This document shows, one piece after another, positions 8,923-18,611 of a stretch of DNA of 64,000 nt; the first letter of the stretch is position 1, and every line of letters starts with the position of its first letter. The position numbers and the translations under genes were made by a program. The notes below the pieces were generated by a model, which saw only the letters and a list, made by a program, of their open reading frames with translations, did not search any database and had not been told where the DNA came from. This stretch comes from a virus (taxonomy: Duplodnaviria > Heunggongvirae > Uroviricota > Caudoviricetes): IMG/VR virus record IMGVR_UViG_3300020045_008999, positions 1 to 64,000 of that record, one strand, 5' to 3'.

Positions 8923-9657
8923 ATGAGAAAGCTTCAAAAAATGTGTGATTTTATATTTGCACATAATACACAATTAGATAATCCGAAAACTGCTAAAATT
9001 TTTTCAAAATATGCAATGTTTTTAGGCAAGGAATTATTATTAAAAATGTTCATAGCATGTGATTATAGAGGGGTGCCAATTGAACCGCCAGTTTTTGTCG
9101 ATACGATGGAAGCAGTCGAGAATAATACGTATAGCCTAGAAATGGATAAGTATGTAATTGCTTGCAATGATGTAATATTCGAGGGGTTTGAAGTAGTGTC
9201 AAATAATCACAAATACAAATACATAGACATTAAGTGGGGTACATTTATCTTGACATGGAGTATCAATGCACAAATGTTTTTACAATATTCAATCGTGGAA
9301 GACCTGTGTAACATCGTCAATTTATCGGATTCAGTCTCCTTTGATGATGAATCCAACAATGCACTAATCCAGGAAATAGACCACTTGGAATTCATATACA
9401 ACCGAATGGCCTATTCCCATCAAGAAAATACCAATATTGATTATATGTTAAGATTGGAGCGAATAATCAATGACAAAAAGACAATAATCGGAATCTTGCC
9501 GACTACAACTATCCAACATGAGTATGAAATGTTTTTCTACGATGATGTGGAAATTAATGAAGCTAATGGTGAATGGGTACCAATTCCGATTGAAAATATT
9601 AACCCAGAGAAGATTGACCATTATATTGCTGGTGGATCTTTGCGTAGAATCATATAA
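8923..9657 (+). CDS. Hypothetical protein
   Basis: 244-aa ORF. Confidence 0.45.
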   Translation: MRKLQKMCDFIFAHNTQLDNPKTAKIFSKYAMFLGKELLLKMFIACDYRGVPIEPPVFVDTMEAVENNTYSLEMDKYVIACNDVIFEGFEVVSNNHKYKYIDIKWGTFILTWSINAQMFLQYSIVEDLCNIVNLSDSVSFDDESNNALIQEIDHLEFIYNRMAYSHQENTNIDYMLRLERIINDKKTIIGILPTTTIQHEYEMFFYDDVEINEANGEWVPIPIENINPEKIDHYIAGGSLRRII

Positions 9658-9658
9658 T

Positions 9659-9844
9659 ATGGCAACAGTAGTATCTAAATGTCCGAAGTGCGAAAGTACA
9701 AATTTATTAGAATTGAATCCTGATTTAAGAGAAACATCCCCTTTGCCACTCGTACAAATTGACACAGTATGCAATGATTGTAAGCATGTCTTCAAACATG
9801 CCAGTGGGACTAAGTCCGGTAAGAGAAGAGGAATATTGTATTAA
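9659..9844 (+). CDS. Small zinc-ribbon protein
   Basis: ATG immediately after the stop of the upstream gene. CPKCES...CNDCKH. Confidence 0.4.
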   Translation: MATVVSKCPKCESTNLLELNPDLRETSPLPLVQIDTVCNDCKHVFKHASGTKSGKRRGILY

Positions 9845-9857
9845 TCAACCATAAGCA

Positions 9858-10241
9858 ATGACAAAAATAGCAGACAACAATGAATATTTTGGGAAGAGGG
9901 TACACATTTGGACAGCACTACATAAGAATAGTTATGTAATCACCGGATTACTACCACTCAATGTAGATTATATCGCGGATAATAGTGTGGGAAGAGTAGT
10001 TCAGGTGCGTCTAAAGGCGGGGGCATATGGTAGCAATTGTGTTATACTGCGCCATGTAAATGGTAGTTTAATTCCCCATGAAAATCAAAGTTTTTTCGAA
10101 ATTCCAGAACAATTTCACCAGTACCTTGATACCTGTTTTGATGGTGTATATTTAGACGATTCCGATCGATACGAATATTCATTACAAGGCGAGTTCAAGG
10201 AATCAGGGTTTTTAGTATCTGGTACCAACCATACACTATAA
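9858..10241 (+). CDS. Hypothetical protein
   Basis: 127-aa ORF. Confidence 0.4.
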   Translation: MTKIADNNEYFGKRVHIWTALHKNSYVITGLLPLNVDYIADNSVGRVVQVRLKAGAYGSNCVILRHVNGSLIPHENQSFFEIPEQFHQYLDTCFDGVYLDDSDRYEYSLQGEFKESGFLVSGTNHTL

Positions 10242-10281
10242 ATAATAAAGTTATGTATAAATATTTGACACCATATAATAA

Positions 10282-10755
10282 ATGACTTTAGATGATATTT
10301 ATAAATTCATGGAAAAGGAATGTGATAATTTCAAATACCGGATCGATTACGATATAAGACAAGGATATGTTGTGAATTCCAGCGAGAATTACACCTGGAC
10401 ATATCCGCTTTATTTGAATCACAAAGACATATCCATGTTTCCATTTAAATTTGGAACAATACACACGTCTTTTATCGCATCTAGCACCTCACTAGCTTCA
10501 TTAATAAATTCACCAGATTACGTCCGGGACCATCTATTATTGGATGGCAATTTATTACAATCACTAAAAGGAATTAGCAAACATGTGGGGGTCAGACTGT
10601 CAATCAAACACAACCCATTATTAATCAATTGTGAAAATTTTACAATTTTGAATAACTTCATTAGAGAAAATCCATTTTGTACAATTTTGATGGATGACGA
10701 TTTTGCAAAAGCGTTTACTAGATTTAACACCATTGCGGATATTATTAGTTTGTAA
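10282..10755 (+). CDS. LRR-like repeat family protein, subfamily B (C-terminal DDDFxKAF(T/N)R motif)
   Basis: C-terminal ILMDDDFAKAFTRFNTIADII matches other B members. N-xL(K/T)SL-G repeat units. Confidence 0.55.
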   Translation: MTLDDIYKFMEKECDNFKYRIDYDIRQGYVVNSSENYTWTYPLYLNHKDISMFPFKFGTIHTSFIASSTSLASLINSPDYVRDHLLLDGNLLQSLKGISKHVGVRLSIKHNPLLINCENFTILNNFIRENPFCTILMDDDFAKAFTRFNTIADIISL

Positions 10756-11197
10756 TAATATCTGTGATTGTTACATATCGATTATACGCATTCAAGAATC
10801 CTTGATCTGCAAATATATTACCACCTACGTAGGTGAACATTAAAATTTTAAAATTTTCTTCATTTATAAGCAGCTGATTATACTCAATATGTAAATTACC
10901 ACCAATGAATTTTGGCATTCCCTCGATAGACGTTAACATATTATAATCCGCCCAAAAATTACCACATACACTATTGGGTGAATTAATTAAATTAGTTAGC
11001 ATGTTTTTACGCACAGATGCATTTTCATGTACCGTATTAATGTTAAAATTTGGCAAAGACGTCAAATTTCTATTATATGGAATTTGTAAATTTTGGTATA
11101 TATCAATGCTCATATCGGGATTAATTGAATATTCAACTACATTGTGATTCTTACACATTTTCTCAATCATCTCGATTGTATTATTAGAGTCCGTCAT
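10745..11197 (-). CDS. LRR-like repeat family protein, subfamily B
   Basis: N-terminal IEKMCKNHNVVEYSINPDMSIDI and C-terminal GFLNAYNRYVTITDII motifs. Tail-to-tail with 10282-10755. Confidence 0.55.
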   Translation of the reverse strand: MTDSNNTIEMIEKMCKNHNVVEYSINPDMSIDIYQNLQIPYNRNLTSLPNFNINTVHENASVRKNMLTNLINSPNSVCGNFWADYNMLTSIEGMPKFIGGNLHIEYNQLLINEENFKILMFTYVGGNIFADQGFLNAYNRYVTITDIITN

Positions 11198-11275
11198 ACT
11201 ACATTTAATTTGATATGTATATAATAATTCTAAGTTAAAGTTTTAATATATAGTTCAAATATATATCTATACACA

Positions 11276-11941
11276 ATGTCAAAAATATTCAAATTTGAAG
11301 ATTTTTTATTAAATGAATCATATTTAAAAGGGGGAAGACCTCCGTTATATCACAGTACCCACTATTTCACTAATATATTAAAAAGTGATTTACTCAGAGT
11401 TAATAAACCAGTATTTGATGTACATAGTAGGAAATCAATATCATTCACACGTGATCGCTATTATGGGGATGGTGGTCCAAAAAAATTCATGGTGGACGTG
11501 GACCACTTAATAAAAGATGGATATAAACCAGAACCAGTAGATGAAATTGGTTCAGCACTTAATAAAATGTCTAAAATAAAAGAACCAAAACCTTTTTTCA
11601 AAGGATATTCTAAAGTAAATCCAAGCAATAAAAAAATTATACACAATATACCTGGCCTACAAACTGGAATAGATACATCACTAAGTCAAGAAAGTGAAGA
11701 GCGCGTATACAAAGACATTCCTAATTTTGGAAGATATGTAATCGAAATAATATTACCGGATAATTCAGTCGAACGATACAAACCAGAGCTTAGTGATTAC
11801 TTAACACAATACCCACATATTGTTGTAAAAAACAACAAAGGGGTAACGCTAATGACTTATGAAGATGTTGAAAAAAGTAATTCAGTTACCAAGTATATCA
11901 CTGCAGATAACATGCTTTCTGAATCTATTAAAGTCAAATAG
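11276..11941 (+). CDS. Hypothetical protein
   Basis: 221-aa ORF. Confidence 0.45.
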   Translation: MSKIFKFEDFLLNESYLKGGRPPLYHSTHYFTNILKSDLLRVNKPVFDVHSRKSISFTRDRYYGDGGPKKFMVDVDHLIKDGYKPEPVDEIGSALNKMSKIKEPKPFFKGYSKVNPSNKKIIHNIPGLQTGIDTSLSQESEERVYKDIPNFGRYVIEIILPDNSVERYKPELSDYLTQYPHIVVKNNKGVTLMTYEDVEKSNSVTKYITADNMLSESIKVK

Positions 11942-12392
11942 TCCAACTGAAATAGCCGCTTCTGATAAGGCGTGGATATCTACGATATCATTGATAAAAT
12001 CTTCAACTATTGGTTGAAGATTTTCTTGCTTATCAACACTAATTAACATAATGTTTTTTGATAAATAATTTAAATAGTCAGTAGTTTCCATCGCTTTATT
12101 TTTCACAAATATAGTTCAAATAAGTGAGGAATACAAATATATATTCGACATTATTCGAGAAGTTGTAAAATTGCAATCGTCCGGGAAAATGATCTTTTAA
12201 TATTATCACAGCTTATTATTGGAGGCTTGGTTATTTTTGATCGAAATATTTATATTGTTTTTTATATAAACACTGCCATGTATATCTACGGACAGGTCAT
12301 GATTTATGGTATATCTACCAGCTGTAAAAAACATCTAACCGTACATATTCTGCACACATTAATTTTATATTCTCCACGGTTGTCATACTCTG

Positions 12393-12752
12393 TTATATTT
12401 TACAAATTACTTTGTAGGTGGTCGCAATACGAAATGCATTTCCGCCATTTTTTTCAGACATAACAAGTGAGGAATCCTTTTCGATTTTGTACAACTTGAC
12501 GCTTTCATCAATGGTACCAGCCTTTAGATTATTAATGGTAGCATCTAATAGCACAACTTCTTCATATGCTTCAATTTCAATCATCTTACTGCGATATACC
12601 TCAAATGGTCTAATTAAATCGGCCACAACATACGCGGTAGTTTTGGAAATGTTGGTAAATTTATTTATAACATATAAAGTGATCAAAACAATAGTAATGA
12701 AGAAGCCTAATGCTTGGAACATTCCTTTTAAAAATTCAAATAATAGTGTCAT
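12393..12752 (-). CDS. Hypothetical membrane protein
   Basis: N-terminal TM helix FFITIVLITLYVI. Confidence 0.35.
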   Translation of the reverse strand: MTLLFEFLKGMFQALGFFITIVLITLYVINKFTNISKTTAYVVADLIRPFEVYRSKMIEIEAYEEVVLLDATINNLKAGTIDESVKLYKIEKDSSLVMSEKNGGNAFRIATTYKVICKI

Positions 12753-12796
12753 TCTGATTGGTGTATTTTAAATTATTTATATTAAGTTGATTGTAA

Positions 12797-13408
12797 TTAT
12801 TTTAATATGTTTCGAATTTCTTTGTATCTATTCCATATTGGCATGTATTTTTCGTCAATATGTAATTGTCCGTTAGAAACGTCATATAACATTGCATAAT
12901 CGGCCGCTTTAAATGTATAACATTCTAACATTTTCATAAATATAAGATCTGCTTTTTCTGGAAAATATGCTAATGTCTCCAAAGGTAATAAACTCAAACT
13001 TGCAAATGTTCTTATTGTTTTAGGACATCCTTTTAAATTACTGAGCTTATTTTGGGTGACACTAAATGACTCGTTAACATGCACAGGGCATCCTTCAAGC
13101 GAAGTTATTTTATTACAATGTATATGTAAATGACCATTGCCATAATTTTCAAATCCGATGGTATTTTTCAAATAATTATTTCCGCAATTGAAATCACCAC
13201 CTACGGTCTCTGGGAACCCATACGAATCTTCGATACTATTATATGCACAAGAGAAGTCGCCACTAATATGTTTGAATTGAATAGGTAGTCTTCGCAGTGA
13301 TTGGTTTGATAAATTCACGCTCCCCATTACCGAAACTTTATGATTTGCATCAATTTCGTAATCAATAATTTCAAACATATCACATATTTTTTTAATTTCC
13401 GAAATCAT
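12797..13408 (-). CDS. LRR-like repeat family protein (divergent B-type member)
   Basis: N-terminal KKICDMFEIIDYEIDANHKVSVMGSVNLSNQSLRRLP and repeats GDFNCGNNYLKNTIG / NKITSLEGCP. Confidence 0.5.
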   Translation of the reverse strand: MISEIKKICDMFEIIDYEIDANHKVSVMGSVNLSNQSLRRLPIQFKHISGDFSCAYNSIEDSYGFPETVGGDFNCGNNYLKNTIGFENYGNGHLHIHCNKITSLEGCPVHVNESFSVTQNKLSNLKGCPKTIRTFASLSLLPLETLAYFPEKADLIFMKMLECYTFKAADYAMLYDVSNGQLHIDEKYMPIWNRYKEIRNILK

Positions 13409-13883
13409 TTTTTTTAAGTATATCTATGCGTTCAGTGAATAACAAATCAATTTGGGTTTTTTCATCGTCTTTGCGCTTATTTGAAATTTCTAAATAATGT
13501 TCATACAGGACATTACCATCATTTAATGAAATAATGTCGTCTATATCTTTGTACGATAGTTTATAATTTACCATATGATTATAGTGAAACAAGTTTAGTA
13601 ATTTAGCAACAATTCCAGTTTTTTGTATTTTTTCAGTTTTGATATTTATTGTCATTTTTACTAAACCTATGCCACTAATTTCCACATTAAATAGACCAAT
13701 ACCAGGTACAAAATCATAAAAGTAATTAGTATTAGTGTCGGCGTTGTCAGACATTAATAATGACTTATTTATAAATCCGGTGTTGCTAAATAATTGATAT
13801 TTATATTTTTGGCAATGATGAACTGAAACTATTGTACTCGCATCTAAGTATGCCACTTTTACTAAATCATGAAGTTTTCCCAT
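13392..13883 (-). CDS. Hypothetical protein
   Basis: 163-aa ORF. Confidence 0.4.
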   Translation of the reverse strand: MGKLHDLVKVAYLDASTIVSVHHCQKYKYQLFSNTGFINKSLLMSDNADTNTNYFYDFVPGIGLFNVEISGIGLVKMTINIKTEKIQKTGIVAKLLNLFHYNHMVNYKLSYKDIDDIISLNDGNVLYEHYLEISNKRKDDEKTQIDLLFTERIDILKKNDFGN

Positions 13884-14269
13884 ATAGTTTTTTGCTTACA
13901 AATATATAATTTTTATAGATACATTAATACATTTATAGAAAATAAATTACCATACATATTTTTTTAATATTTGTATTTTTAAGTTTTATTATCAGGGGTG
14001 TCTCGGGTAGATGATTTTTTTTCTAAGAGATCCATTAATAACATAAATATACCGGCGGCACACCATCCTATCAAAAAATCTGGAATTTCAATTTCTATAA
14101 TAGATGATAATAGCTTAATTCCGATTACATACAAAAATACATTTAACAAACTATATGTTATGTTTGACATTAGGTGATTTATTTAATTTTTATTTATATT
14201 AAAAATTGCACCATTTGTTTGTTGCTTATTTAAAATATTTTATATATTTGCATCAACAAACAAAAAACT

Positions 14270-14701
14270 ATGAAAATTATATTCTATTACATTCGGTTAA
14301 TTACTATTTTGATTAAAAATTTTGGTTCTAATATTGACTTTCTAATAGATGATTCAGGGTCTAACCAAACGACTGACATTACATTCATCAGAAATTCATT
14401 ACATTTAATGGTTTTTTTCAATTTTAATATTGTAATATTGCATGGTCCCGTTGTAACACGAATTTACGATGAAGAAGACGTTGATAATTTTATAAAGAAC
14501 TTCACACCGAGTCTTTGTGGGACTGATTTAATATCAAACCTTAATAAAATATCAAAAAAATCAATTTTGTTATGTTATAGTGATTTTTACCTATCTGAAC
14601 TAGAATTTTCCAAACTTGATAAATTCAGAAAACGACTTCTTATATCGCAGAGTGCCTATCGAGGTGCGTCTAGTATCGATTCTCAAATAACCTTTATATA
14701 A
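14270..14701 (+). CDS. Hypothetical protein
   Basis: 143-aa ORF. Confidence 0.35.
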   Translation: MKIIFYYIRLITILIKNFGSNIDFLIDDSGSNQTTDITFIRNSLHLMVFFNFNIVILHGPVVTRIYDEEDVDNFIKNFTPSLCGTDLISNLNKISKKSILLCYSDFYLSELEFSKLDKFRKRLLISQSAYRGASSIDSQITFI

Positions 14702-14736
14702 TACTAATTTATACCAAACAATTTAAATAATTTACA

Positions 14737-15261
14737 ATGATGTATGAACAATATCTATGGTACATAATGATACCAAGTGGAACCATTTACGCACTTCTTA
14801 TAATATTAACCTTTGTAGGCGGAGACATAGATGTGGACGTTAACTTAGATGATGGCATTGGTGGTGACGATATTATTGGCCTATTCACGTTTCGAAATGC
14901 TATATATTTCCTATTTGGATATTCAGCGGGGACCTTAATAGGTATTAATGCTGGATATACCATCCTTTCTTCCACATTATTAGGGGTCGGAATTGGCATG
15001 ACACTGGTGATAATCACAGTGTTGCTTATGTTTCTTATGTTGAAATGTAATCAAATAAATATACCTAGTTATGATGGCCTTATCGGTAAGAGTGCTAAAG
15101 TATATTTAAGGGTAAGTCCTGGGGCAAACGGCAAAATAACGGTTAACGTCAATGGTACTCAAAAAGAAATGTATGCATCATCTGATATCGACATACCAAG
15201 CGGTGCTACCGTAAAAATATTAAGTATAGATAATGGTATTGCTGTTATCGAACAAGTATAA
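14737..15261 (+). CDS. NfeD-like membrane protein (short YuaF-type with C-terminal OB-fold)
   Basis: Multi-TM N-terminal part plus C-terminal GKSAKVYLRVSPGANGKITVNVNGTQKEMYASSDIDIPSGATVKILSIDNGIAVIEQV. Immediately upstream of the flotillin gene. Confidence 0.65.
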   Translation: MMYEQYLWYIMIPSGTIYALLIILTFVGGDIDVDVNLDDGIGGDDIIGLFTFRNAIYFLFGYSAGTLIGINAGYTILSSTLLGVGIGMTLVIITVLLMFLMLKCNQINIPSYDGLIGKSAKVYLRVSPGANGKITVNVNGTQKEMYASSDIDIPSGATVKILSIDNGIAVIEQV

Positions 15262-15289
15262 ATTAGTAATCAATTAAATTTTTATAAAT

Positions 15290-16801
15290 ATGTTATTCAC
15301 TTACATTGTAATTGGGCTTATTGCCCTGGGATTTTTCGCTACCGTAGTAGCCCTTATATCTAGATATAAAAAATGTCCATCGGACAAACTATTAGTAGTT
15401 TACGGTAAAACCGGTAAAAATGCCGATGGAATGACGTCTACCGCCAGAGTACACCATGGTGGTGGAGCATTTATTTGGCCAGTTATTCAAGATTATCAAT
15501 GGCTATCGCTTAAACCAATCGCGATTGATGTTGATTTACGAGGGGCATTATCTAAACAGAACATCCGAATTGATGTTCCTTCTACCTTTACAATTGCAGT
15601 ATCTACTGATCCAAATACCATGATTAATGCTGCCGAACGTCTTCTCGGAATGCAAAGTACTGAAATTGCCACCCTGAGTAAAGATATCATTTTGGGCCAA
15701 TTAAGATTGGTTATTGCTACCATGGATATTGAAGAAATTAATGCAGACCGTGATAAGTTCCTTACCGCTATTCAAAATAATTTAGAATCGGAATTGGATA
15801 AAGTTGGATTGCGTTTGATCAATGTTAATATTACCGATATCCAAGATGAATCCGGTTATATTAAAGCATTAGGCCAAGAGGCTGCTTCTAAGGCAATAAA
15901 TGATGCAAAAGTATCAGTTGCCGAGAAAACAAGAGATGGTGCCGTAGGATCTACCGCAGCAAGTAAAGATGAAAGAATACAAACATCACAGTTACGTGCA
16001 GATGCAGAAGTAGGTGAAGCACAAGCACTCATGAGTTCTGAAATTGGTAGAGCTGCCACTATAGCAACACAGAGATCGCAACAAGCCGAATTAAATGCAA
16101 CCGCAGTGTCTGGTGAAAATGAGGCTGCTATTAAAATAGCGGATACTACAGCACTCAGAAAGGTGGCAGAAGCTGAGGCTTCTAAGAAATCAACGGTGGC
16201 TGAGAATGTCGCAAAAGCCGAGGCAGAAAAAATAACTTTTGTTTCAGAAACACAAGCCGAACAAGCCCGTGCTGATAAATCTAAAGCTACCTTATATGCC
16301 AATGAAATTGTACCGGCGGAAATTGCCAAGCAAAAGAAAATTGTGGAAGCCGAAGGGGAAGCTGAGAGTATTAGAAGTATTGCCAAAGGTGATGCGGATG
16401 CATTATTAATGGCGAAAACCGCGGAAGCCGAAGGTATTGCAATAATCTTAGAAAAGCAAGCCGAGGGTTTGACTAAATTCATTGAGGCCGCTGGTGGTAA
16501 TCCGGATAAAGCTCTGCAGTTAATGATTGTTGACAAACTTCCGGAATTAATGAAAATACAAATGGATGCAATTGCCAATATCAAAATTGATAAGATCACC
16601 GTGTGGGATAATGGTGGCGAGGGTAGTGAGGGATCTACTGCGGGATTCCTAAAATCAATGTTAGGTGCATTGCCAGCATATGATGAACTATACAAATCGA
16701 TCGGTAAGTCATTACCGGGTATTGTAAACATTGATGATGTTTCAGCAGCTGGTAGAAATGATTCGACACCAAGTGAAATTGCATTCGAAGAAGTGAAATA
16801 A
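15290..16801 (+). CDS. Flotillin-like SPFH/band-7 protein (FloT/YuaG type)
   Basis: N-terminal TM, an SPFH core, and a long Ala/Glu-rich EA-repeat coiled-coil region. Operon-like with NfeD. Confidence 0.8.
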   Translation: MLFTYIVIGLIALGFFATVVALISRYKKCPSDKLLVVYGKTGKNADGMTSTARVHHGGGAFIWPVIQDYQWLSLKPIAIDVDLRGALSKQNIRIDVPSTFTIAVSTDPNTMINAAERLLGMQSTEIATLSKDIILGQLRLVIATMDIEEINADRDKFLTAIQNNLESELDKVGLRLINVNITDIQDESGYIKALGQEAASKAINDAKVSVAEKTRDGAVGSTAASKDERIQTSQLRADAEVGEAQALMSSEIGRAATIATQRSQQAELNATAVSGENEAAIKIADTTALRKVAEAEASKKSTVAENVAKAEAEKITFVSETQAEQARADKSKATLYANEIVPAEIAKQKKIVEAEGEAESIRSIAKGDADALLMAKTAEAEGIAIILEKQAEGLTKFIEAAGGNPDKALQLMIVDKLPELMKIQMDAIANIKIDKITVWDNGGEGSEGSTAGFLKSMLGALPAYDELYKSIGKSLPGIVNIDDVSAAGRNDSTPSEIAFEEVK

Positions 16802-16816
16802 TCACAATCTAAATTT

Positions 16817-16848
16817 ATGCCCTCATGTGAAAATATGAGGGTTTTTTA
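16817..16848 (+). terminator. Rho-independent terminator (ccctcat..atgaggg + T6)
   Basis: Hairpin plus T-tract directly after the flotillin stop. Confidence 0.55.
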
Positions 16849-17574
16849 ATGAAATTTAAAAATATGAACACTGACGAGGAATTTTTCTTAGACTATATTA
16901 AGCTTGCTGCCCCAATATTTGGGGTTTTCGGTAAACGTGCAGAAATGATAAATGATAAATTTATACCAGAGGATATTGTGTATTTAGAGATTAGTGACAC
17001 ATTGGAAGTTGTATATCAACATAAACCATATCTACATGGCAATTTTTACCCAGTTATTACAAAACGAATTAAGAAATATAAGAAAGCGTGGAATGCCAAT
17101 GGTATATTGGATCATAATATTCATTGTATACATGGTGATTATTCAATAGAATCTTTGATAGCATCATTAATGATTAGTGCATCATTATCCAGAAGCAACA
17201 AACCAAGTAAATTATCATCACAGGAGTATGAAAAGTTTAAATTAGCGGTGGATTCATACCACTATTCAATTCCGCGTAATGGCGAAAGTAATTATGGCGA
17301 ATCAATCATTTATTATAATAGCTTTACTGATATTGGAAAGGAAAATATTATGAATTGTAAAAAGTTCTTAGAGAATAATACATCACTTACTCCAATACAA
17401 GATGCATTCAATGAAGTCTTATTGAAAAATAAATTACCTACACATATGCCTTTTACCAGATGGTGTGAGTTATTGACAATGAAAGAGATCGATTATTCTA
17501 CGGTAGAAGAAATTAAACTAAAACGCGCCGCAAAGTATAAAAAGCTGGGGATCGATTTTGAAAGAAATAAATAA
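16849..17574 (+). CDS. Hypothetical protein
   Basis: 241-aa ORF. Confidence 0.45.
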   Translation: MKFKNMNTDEEFFLDYIKLAAPIFGVFGKRAEMINDKFIPEDIVYLEISDTLEVVYQHKPYLHGNFYPVITKRIKKYKKAWNANGILDHNIHCIHGDYSIESLIASLMISASLSRSNKPSKLSSQEYEKFKLAVDSYHYSIPRNGESNYGESIIYYNSFTDIGKENIMNCKKFLENNTSLTPIQDAFNEVLLKNKLPTHMPFTRWCELLTMKEIDYSTVEEIKLKRAAKYKKLGIDFERNK

Positions 17575-17604
17575 TATCCGAATAAATTATAGCAATAAAA
17601 TATA

Positions 17605-17642
17605 AAAATGCCTATGTGATATTATCTCATAGGCATTTTTTA
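17605..17642 (+). terminator. Rho-independent terminator (atgcctatg...cataggcat + T6)
   Basis: 9-bp stem plus T-tract. Confidence 0.55.
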
Positions 17643-17653
17643 ATATATAATAT

Positions 17654-18187
17654 ATGAAATACATAAACACATATTCTAATTATCAAAATGGGTCAGATGG
17701 AACCAAATACTTTGATATGGATTGCTTAAATGATATTGGTGGATTCCAACATCCACTATATTACATGCTCGCTAAGGACCAAAAATATGAATTAGTATTT
17801 ATATCCCCTGATCAATATATTAAAAATATCCGCAAAGGATTCAAAATAACCCATGATGAAGTGATGCGTGCGGTAAACCAGGAAACGGTTGTCAAATACG
17901 CACAGAATATGAAAGATGGTGACAAATTTCCAATTGGGTTTTTTACTACTAATTCAAGTTCACAAGAAGGCAGACACCGTGCCCTGGCATTAAAAAAATT
18001 AGGTGTCAAAACATTTCCAATTATTTCCATTACACAATTGTCTAAAAAAAACAGAGATGATATCGCATTAGCATTTAAAGGAATGACTTTTGAAGAAGTA
18101 GAAATGTGTATGAAAAAGGAAGGATATTCTGGCATTTCCAAATTAGATTATCGTGAATTACAAATACATTTGGATCATCGCATGTAA
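17654..18187 (+). CDS. ParB/sulfiredoxin-fold (ParB N-terminal nuclease-like) domain protein
   Basis: SSQEGRHRALALKKLGVKTFPIISI resembles the ParB GERRxRA box. Confidence 0.45.
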   Translation: MKYINTYSNYQNGSDGTKYFDMDCLNDIGGFQHPLYYMLAKDQKYELVFISPDQYIKNIRKGFKITHDEVMRAVNQETVVKYAQNMKDGDKFPIGFFTTNSSSQEGRHRALALKKLGVKTFPIISITQLSKKNRDDIALAFKGMTFEEVEMCMKKEGYSGISKLDYRELQIHLDHRM

Positions 18188-18263
18188 TTTAAACTCAGAA
18201 TATTAGGTAAATTGGATTTTTTTAATTATATTTGCATATTACAAATCATTAAACAATAATGAT

Positions 18264-18572
18264 ATGCGAAAATTATTCATATGTTTTCCATTATTATTGT
18301 GCACAATTACCTATTCTCAGAAAATTATACGAAACGGAGAGAATGTTCGTATAGGGAATGTGTTCATATCAAGTTTAAGGCAACATTTGACCATAGATAT
18401 TCAGTCTAGTGATTTTGTATGCATTCAATTAGATAGTGATCGAAATGGCACGATAATGAAAGGTAGTGGGTCCGCTAAAGGAAAAGAGTGTTTCCCCATC
18501 GAAATTGGCATCTATACTGTAACAGTTTTTGAAAATGGGCTACGGTATAGAAAAAGATTTAAGATTATTTAA
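18264..18572 (+). CDS. Small secreted protein
   Basis: Signal peptide MRKLFICFPLLLCTITYSQ. Confidence 0.4.
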   Translation: MRKLFICFPLLLCTITYSQKIIRNGENVRIGNVFISSLRQHLTIDIQSSDFVCIQLDSDRNGTIMKGSGSAKGKECFPIEIGIYTVTVFENGLRYRKRFKII

Positions 18573-18575
18573 AGA

Positions 18576-18607
18576 AAAAGGATGATCATTGATCATCCTT
18601 TTTTATT
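18576..18607. terminator. Bidirectional rho-independent terminator between convergent genes
   Basis: aggatgatca/tgatcatcct stem flanked by A- and T-tracts. Confidence 0.65.
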
Positions 18608-18611
18608 ATAA

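Noticed and set aside
15856-16731. 291-aa antisense ORF inside the flotillin gene, and similar embedded antisense ORFs (for example 35761-36120, 36166-36429, 43433-43930, 50698-51045, 63066-63323)
   Set aside because: These are low-complexity shadow frames of well-supported genes on the other strand.
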